Part shown: piece by piece, positions 34,182-38,202 of the stretch
Position numbering within the stretch: position 1 is the first letter of the stretch
How the letters are laid out: each line of letters begins with the position of its first letter
Assembly (NCBI RefSeq): GCF_001194135.2
Contig: NC_068989.1
Location: 15,307,578-15,345,779, forward strand
Length of the DNA stretch: 38,202 bases
Direction of reading: 5' to 3'
Origin: Octopus bimaculoides
Taxonomy: Eukaryota
Program-made: the position numbers and the translations under genes
The notes under the pieces: model-generated
Databases searched by the model: none
What the model was told of the DNA's origin: nothing
What the model saw: only the letters and a program-made list of their open reading frames with translations

Positions 34182-34231
<50 letters not shown>

Positions 34232-34233
<2 letters not shown>

Positions 34234-34492
34234 ATGTATATCACGTGTTCACGTGACGAACCAGACTATCAGATGTTGTTACATATTGGTGGCCACAAAG
34301 CGCTTTGCATCATTTTAGCCTTCAAATGACGTCACACTACTGGCTAGGAGAGCAGGTGAACATTCCCCGCTGATCAAAAGGAACTTGAACTGAAAACTTT
34401 TGCTCAAGAACACAACGTGCCGCCCGGTTTGTGAATGGAACCCACGATCTCGCGATCGTGAGTGCAACAGCCTGACGACCCCTAGGCCTGCC
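34232..34492 (-). mobile_element. tRNA-derived SINE, family D (head related to family C)
   Basis: TTGCTCAAGAACACAACG...GAACCCACGATCTCGCGATCGTGAGTGCAACAGCC head, as in family C, with a different body. Confidence 0.7.
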
Positions 34493-34880
34493 CCCGTCCT
34501 CAGAAATTAAACTGGACATACAAATGACTTTAAATGTGTTAACATTGTCGCAATCTAGCTAACAAACACATAGAATCGGAAATGTTTACTTTAGGTTTAT
34601 TTCTTAATAATGCTATCTATTATGGAATATTTGAATCAATGCCATCCATATATGTAAAGAGAAAATAATGATGTCTATGAGTTTTAAAATGTTTAAAATG
34701 ACTCATTAATTCTGATACGATGTAACAGTGATATAAATATCTACTAGCAGAGATACTCGATGTTGCTAGAGATTAAAACGGCATAGTTTGTATATATAAA
34801 TATATATATATATATAACACACGCACTATATATTTGGTGTTAATTTGCTTCAGCTTTATATTACATTAATCGTATTTCGT

Positions 34881-34920
34881 CCAGAGTTCTTTCGTCACAC
34901 TTCTGTGACCTCATCAGTGG
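34881..34920 (-). ncRNA. Degenerate minimal hammerhead ribozyme-like motif
   Basis: Minus strand: CCA-CTGATGA-G-GTCACA-GAAG-TGTGAC-GAAA-GAAC-TC-TGG. Stem I is 3 bp, stem II has one extra G, and stem III is minimal. Confidence 0.4.
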
Positions 34921-35133
34921 TCCTTTGCTTTCTTCTTTCTTATTTATGTGTCCCTCCTTACTAACGATCAGCCATTTTGTATTTCTATTGTATGTGTCTA
35001 TATTTGCGCATGCGTATCCCTCTATGTGTGTCTATGTTTAGTAAGTGCATGTGTGTGTATGGGAAGCCACTTTAGAATGTCTTTTTCTAACGCATGAACG
35101 CTCAGTGGCGTGGTCGAATTCTCATTGATTAGT

Positions 35134-35176
<43 letters not shown>

Positions 35177-36000
35177 GACACATAATCTGTGTCCATATCC
35201 AGCTGGAGAAGGTGGAAACCAGGAGGATTGTATAAACTTGACAGTGATTTCCATTTCTATCATTTATACATTAATTATATGCGAATCACGTGCTTAATTA
35301 TGTATACAAACTCATCGTCTGTCGTCTAAAGAATTGCAAGTGGTAAGAAACTTCTGGAAGCAATGCAGAGAGCTATCAACTTCGAATGAATGTATATGTA
35401 TGTAATTATTTAAAAAATGCTAATCATATCTGAAACATCATTAACGCGATTATGAGATTTGCCATTTAGCACGTCTGTCCACAGTGATGCTACCTAGAAC
35501 ATTCATGTTGTTGCAAAATATTTGATAAGTCGTTAGTGATACAGCTTGGAAAAAAATAAACAGGAAACAAAAAGCAACAAAAGAATGATATGATACGAGG
35601 CATTTTGTTGTGGGCGAGTGAAATGGTTTAAGAAATAAGAAAGAGAGGAAGGCAGAGGGAAGAGAAGGGTTAGAGGAGATGAGGTCGGAAAAGATATGAA
35701 AAGAGAATGAGAAGATAAGAGCGAAGAGTAGTTTATCGAATGGTAGTTGATATAGGATATGACATTACGGAGTGAATATTGTTCGAGTGGGATGTAGAAG
35801 AGAAACCATAATAATGTGAACTGGAATAAATTAGGTTCTAGTTTAAGATTCGGTGAGATTTCTGATTATGGATATAAAAGTATTATAAGGTTTAGATATT
35901 TTTCTGGTGAGGCAGGTCTATCAATTCTAGCTTTAAATGAGATTATACTATAATATTTTGCGGATTACATTTTCTTTTTCATTGTATCATCATCTTAGTT

Positions 36001-36150
36001 CCTCTGTTCAAATATTCGCCGAGGTCAATCTTGCGTTTCACTCTCTCGAAGTCAATGAAATAAAGCACTAGTCAAGTACTGCTCATCGATGTTAGCATAG
36101 ATTAAACCCTTCCCTTCAAAATTTCTGGCATTGAACCTAAATCATTATGA
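36001..36150 (+). mobile_element. SINE family B (old, degenerate)
   Basis: GTTCAAAT.TTCGCCGAGGTCAATCTTGCGTTTCA...AAATTTCTGGC. Confidence 0.55.
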
Positions 36151-36254
36151 ATACAGTCCCTGATGTATTAGCCTTAAATCTATGTGGTAGAGCTTCAGAA
36201 TAAGTTCGATCTTACGAGAGATGTCGAGATTAAAATTATTTCACTTGGCGTTAA

Positions 36255-36392
36255 AAAGGACACTAAGCTGTTAAAAGCATGCCAAAACAGACAGCAAAGC
36301 CTGGTACAGTCTTCTGGCTTGCCAGCTCCTGTCAAACTGTCCAACCCATACCAACATGGAAAACGGACGTTAAATGATGATGATGATGATGA
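36255..36392 (+). mobile_element. 3' end of a retroposon with (GAT)n tail
   Basis: CCTGTCAAACTGTCCAACCCATACCAACATGGAAAACGGACGTTAAATGATGATGAT; resembles an RTE-type SINE/LINE tail. Family not assigned. Confidence 0.6.
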
Positions 36393-36464
36393 TATTTTAA
36401 CAATACTTTGTAAATGAATTTGATGACCGGAAACTGTGTTGAAGCTCGTCGTATAAAACACTCA

Positions 36465-36700
36465 CACATATGTATGTATGTCTTTGTGTTTGTGTTTGTC
36501 TCTCACTAACGCTTGACGACAGATGTTACTGTATTTATGTCTCCCTAACTTAGCGTTTTGGCAAAAGAGAACGACAGAATAAGTAGTAGACTTAAAAAGA
36601 ATTAGTAATGGGGCCAGTTTGTTTGACTGAAAACTCTTCAAAGTCGGTACCCCTAGCTCACCGCAGTCCAATGCCTGAAACAAGCAAGAGATAAAATGCT
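36465..36700 (+). mobile_element. SINE family A, 3' half (degenerate)
   Basis: CGCTTGAC...CTCCCTAACTTAGCGTTTTGGCAAAAGAG...CTGAAACAAGCAAGAGA. Confidence 0.75.
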
Positions 36701-36769
36701 ATTGGCAAGTAACTGAACTATTTTGCAGCTAGTGTTGAACTTATGTTTTTAAGTACAATAAAGGGTGAG

Positions 36770-36950
36770 GCTCAGTTGATACCATTGGTACCAATGTCTA
36801 CCTGGCATTTCATTTTATCTGTCCTGAAAGGAGGGAAGACAAAGTTGACCTGGGTGGGTTTTGGACTAAAGAATTACAATCCTATACACAAAGCAAAATG
36901 TCCCGTTCTTCTTGTTGCCATCATTTATGTCCAGAATGCTACTCGGGTTT
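36770..36950 (-). mobile_element. SINE family B (old, degenerate)
   Basis: TTTTATC...CCTGAAAGGA.GGAAGACAAAGTTGACCTGGGTGGGTTTTGGACT is a reverse-complement match to the family B core. Confidence 0.5.
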
Positions 36951-37589
36951 GACGTACCCCGTCAGTTGCTGACCCTTTGACCATGTATAAATTTCAATTC
37001 TTTAATCCAATTTGTGTCTACACGCACGCACACGCACACACACACATGATGTGTTGGAGCAGCTGTAATCTATTGCACTGAATGTAGTAAATATTTCTTG
37101 CAGGCCAACGGTGGGATAAAATGCAATGTCGAAGCTGACTGATAGTAATATCCGAACATATTGTATTAATTTAATGATAATAGATAAGGGTTTCAAATTT
37201 TGGTGTGAAGCCAGTAATTTTAGAGAGTGGAATTTAGTGGTATATTGGTTACAGGTACAGTAGAGTTGTTTACGAATGTTAAGTGCAAAAGCGGAAGAGG
37301 TTGATTCTCGTTGCCAGTCCAATGAAACCCAAATTTTAAATAGCTATTGCAATATTTACGATTGAGTCGACCTTTCGCATTATTATCACTACGCTTAGTT
37401 GCTTTTGACGAACACTCACTTTAAAATTCATAATCGTCTCGGTTACGTTTCCTCTTGATAAACTTTTCCAATTTATGGGTAATTTAGTCTGTTAATATGA
37501 AGTGTATCGCACAAAGAGCACAGATTACTAATAGAGTCAAACTGAGACAAGTAACCAGTGAGCTGTGAAAAGTGGCAGCGTCTCACATA

Positions 37590-37850
37590 TTATCGGACTC
37601 TTCTGAGAAGTCTTTCAAAATTAATTGAAAAGATGATAATTCTCGCCACTATATAAATGAAAAAAATTGAAATGCAGCCGCAATACGTAAGGACGTATTA
37701 AAAGATTTAGTTCAATATCGTATATTTTAGTTCAATAGTTTATTTTTCACACTTATTGAAATGAAAGCTGCTGAGACTACGACCGAAATAAACTGAAACA
37801 TAGCCTTGCATTGAATATGTCCACAAGACGTCAATTTCGATGATAGATTG
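37590..37850 (+). mobile_element. Possible mariner 5' remnant
   Basis: MKAAETTTEIN resembles the N-terminal mariner KAAETTRNIN motif; no partner TIR found. Confidence 0.3.
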
Positions 37851-38089
37851 ATGCTAATTTAGTTCTTATACTTATGAAATTTCAAATTCAAAATTGAATA
37901 ACACTGTCAAACCGTAATTAGCCTAAATGAATTGAATGACATAACCACCTCTCATTCTTAGTTTAGAACTTAGTTTATAGTTTTTTACCCCTTAGACATT
38001 TATATATGAACTTTCTAGTGAATTTCGGCTTGTATCTTTCATATTTTGAAATATAATCTTACTTTTTCGAGGTGCACCTAATTACATCT

Positions 38090-38115
38090 TGCGACGCACG
38101 GTTTGGGAACCACTG
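38090..38115. mobile_element. Isolated hAT-Charlie-like terminus
   Basis: GTTTGGGAACCACTG is the reverse complement of CAGTGGTTCCCAAAC; no matching left end recognised. Confidence 0.4.
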
Positions 38116-38202
38116 CTCTTGGGTGTCCGACAAGTCGTAAATTCCCTTGATATAAAATGAATAATGATAACAGACGATGGATAATCATTTGATTATATAT
38201 AT

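Noticed and set aside
10495-34329. Long ORFs in the supplied track (poly-X, YIYI, CVCV, HTHT, LSIY)
   Set aside because: They are translations of N-gaps and microsatellites.
35175-35250. Minus frame SSWFPPSPAGYGHRLCV, superficially like CWPxTPAG...CP
   Set aside because: The conserved Asp, Trp and Cys residues are missing and there is no acceptor; probably coincidence.

Overview
Non-coding-dominated, AT-rich eukaryotic DNA. It is probably a cephalopod (Octopus-type) draft assembly; this is inferred from the tRNA-derived SINE families and microsatellite load, not from a search. Seven N-gaps total 3,841 bp. Only one host exon is supported: a 98-nt minus-strand exon (1090-1187) encoding the end of a class B (secretin-family) GPCR hormone-binding domain, most like calcitonin/CGRP/DH31 receptors. 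The rest looks like intron or intergenic DNA filled with transposon fossils: two mariners, RTE, CR1, Tx1/L1, R4/Dong and Hero-type LINE fragments, a decayed hAT transposase, a hAT MITE, and many SINEs and microsatellites. Four things stand out: (1) a 592-bp Merlin-like MITE with an 8-bp TSD whose centre is a head-to-head telomeric (CCCTAA)n/(TTAGGG)n palindrome; (2) two hammerhead-ribozyme-like motifs of the Penelope type; (3) a ~192-bp hairpin-rich element present twice at ~98% identity that I cannot classify; (4) Tx1-like LINE ends abutting (TTC)n tracts. Nearly all ORFs in the supplied track are artefacts of microsatellites, gaps or transposon debris. No CRISPR, rRNA or genuine tRNA gene is supported.
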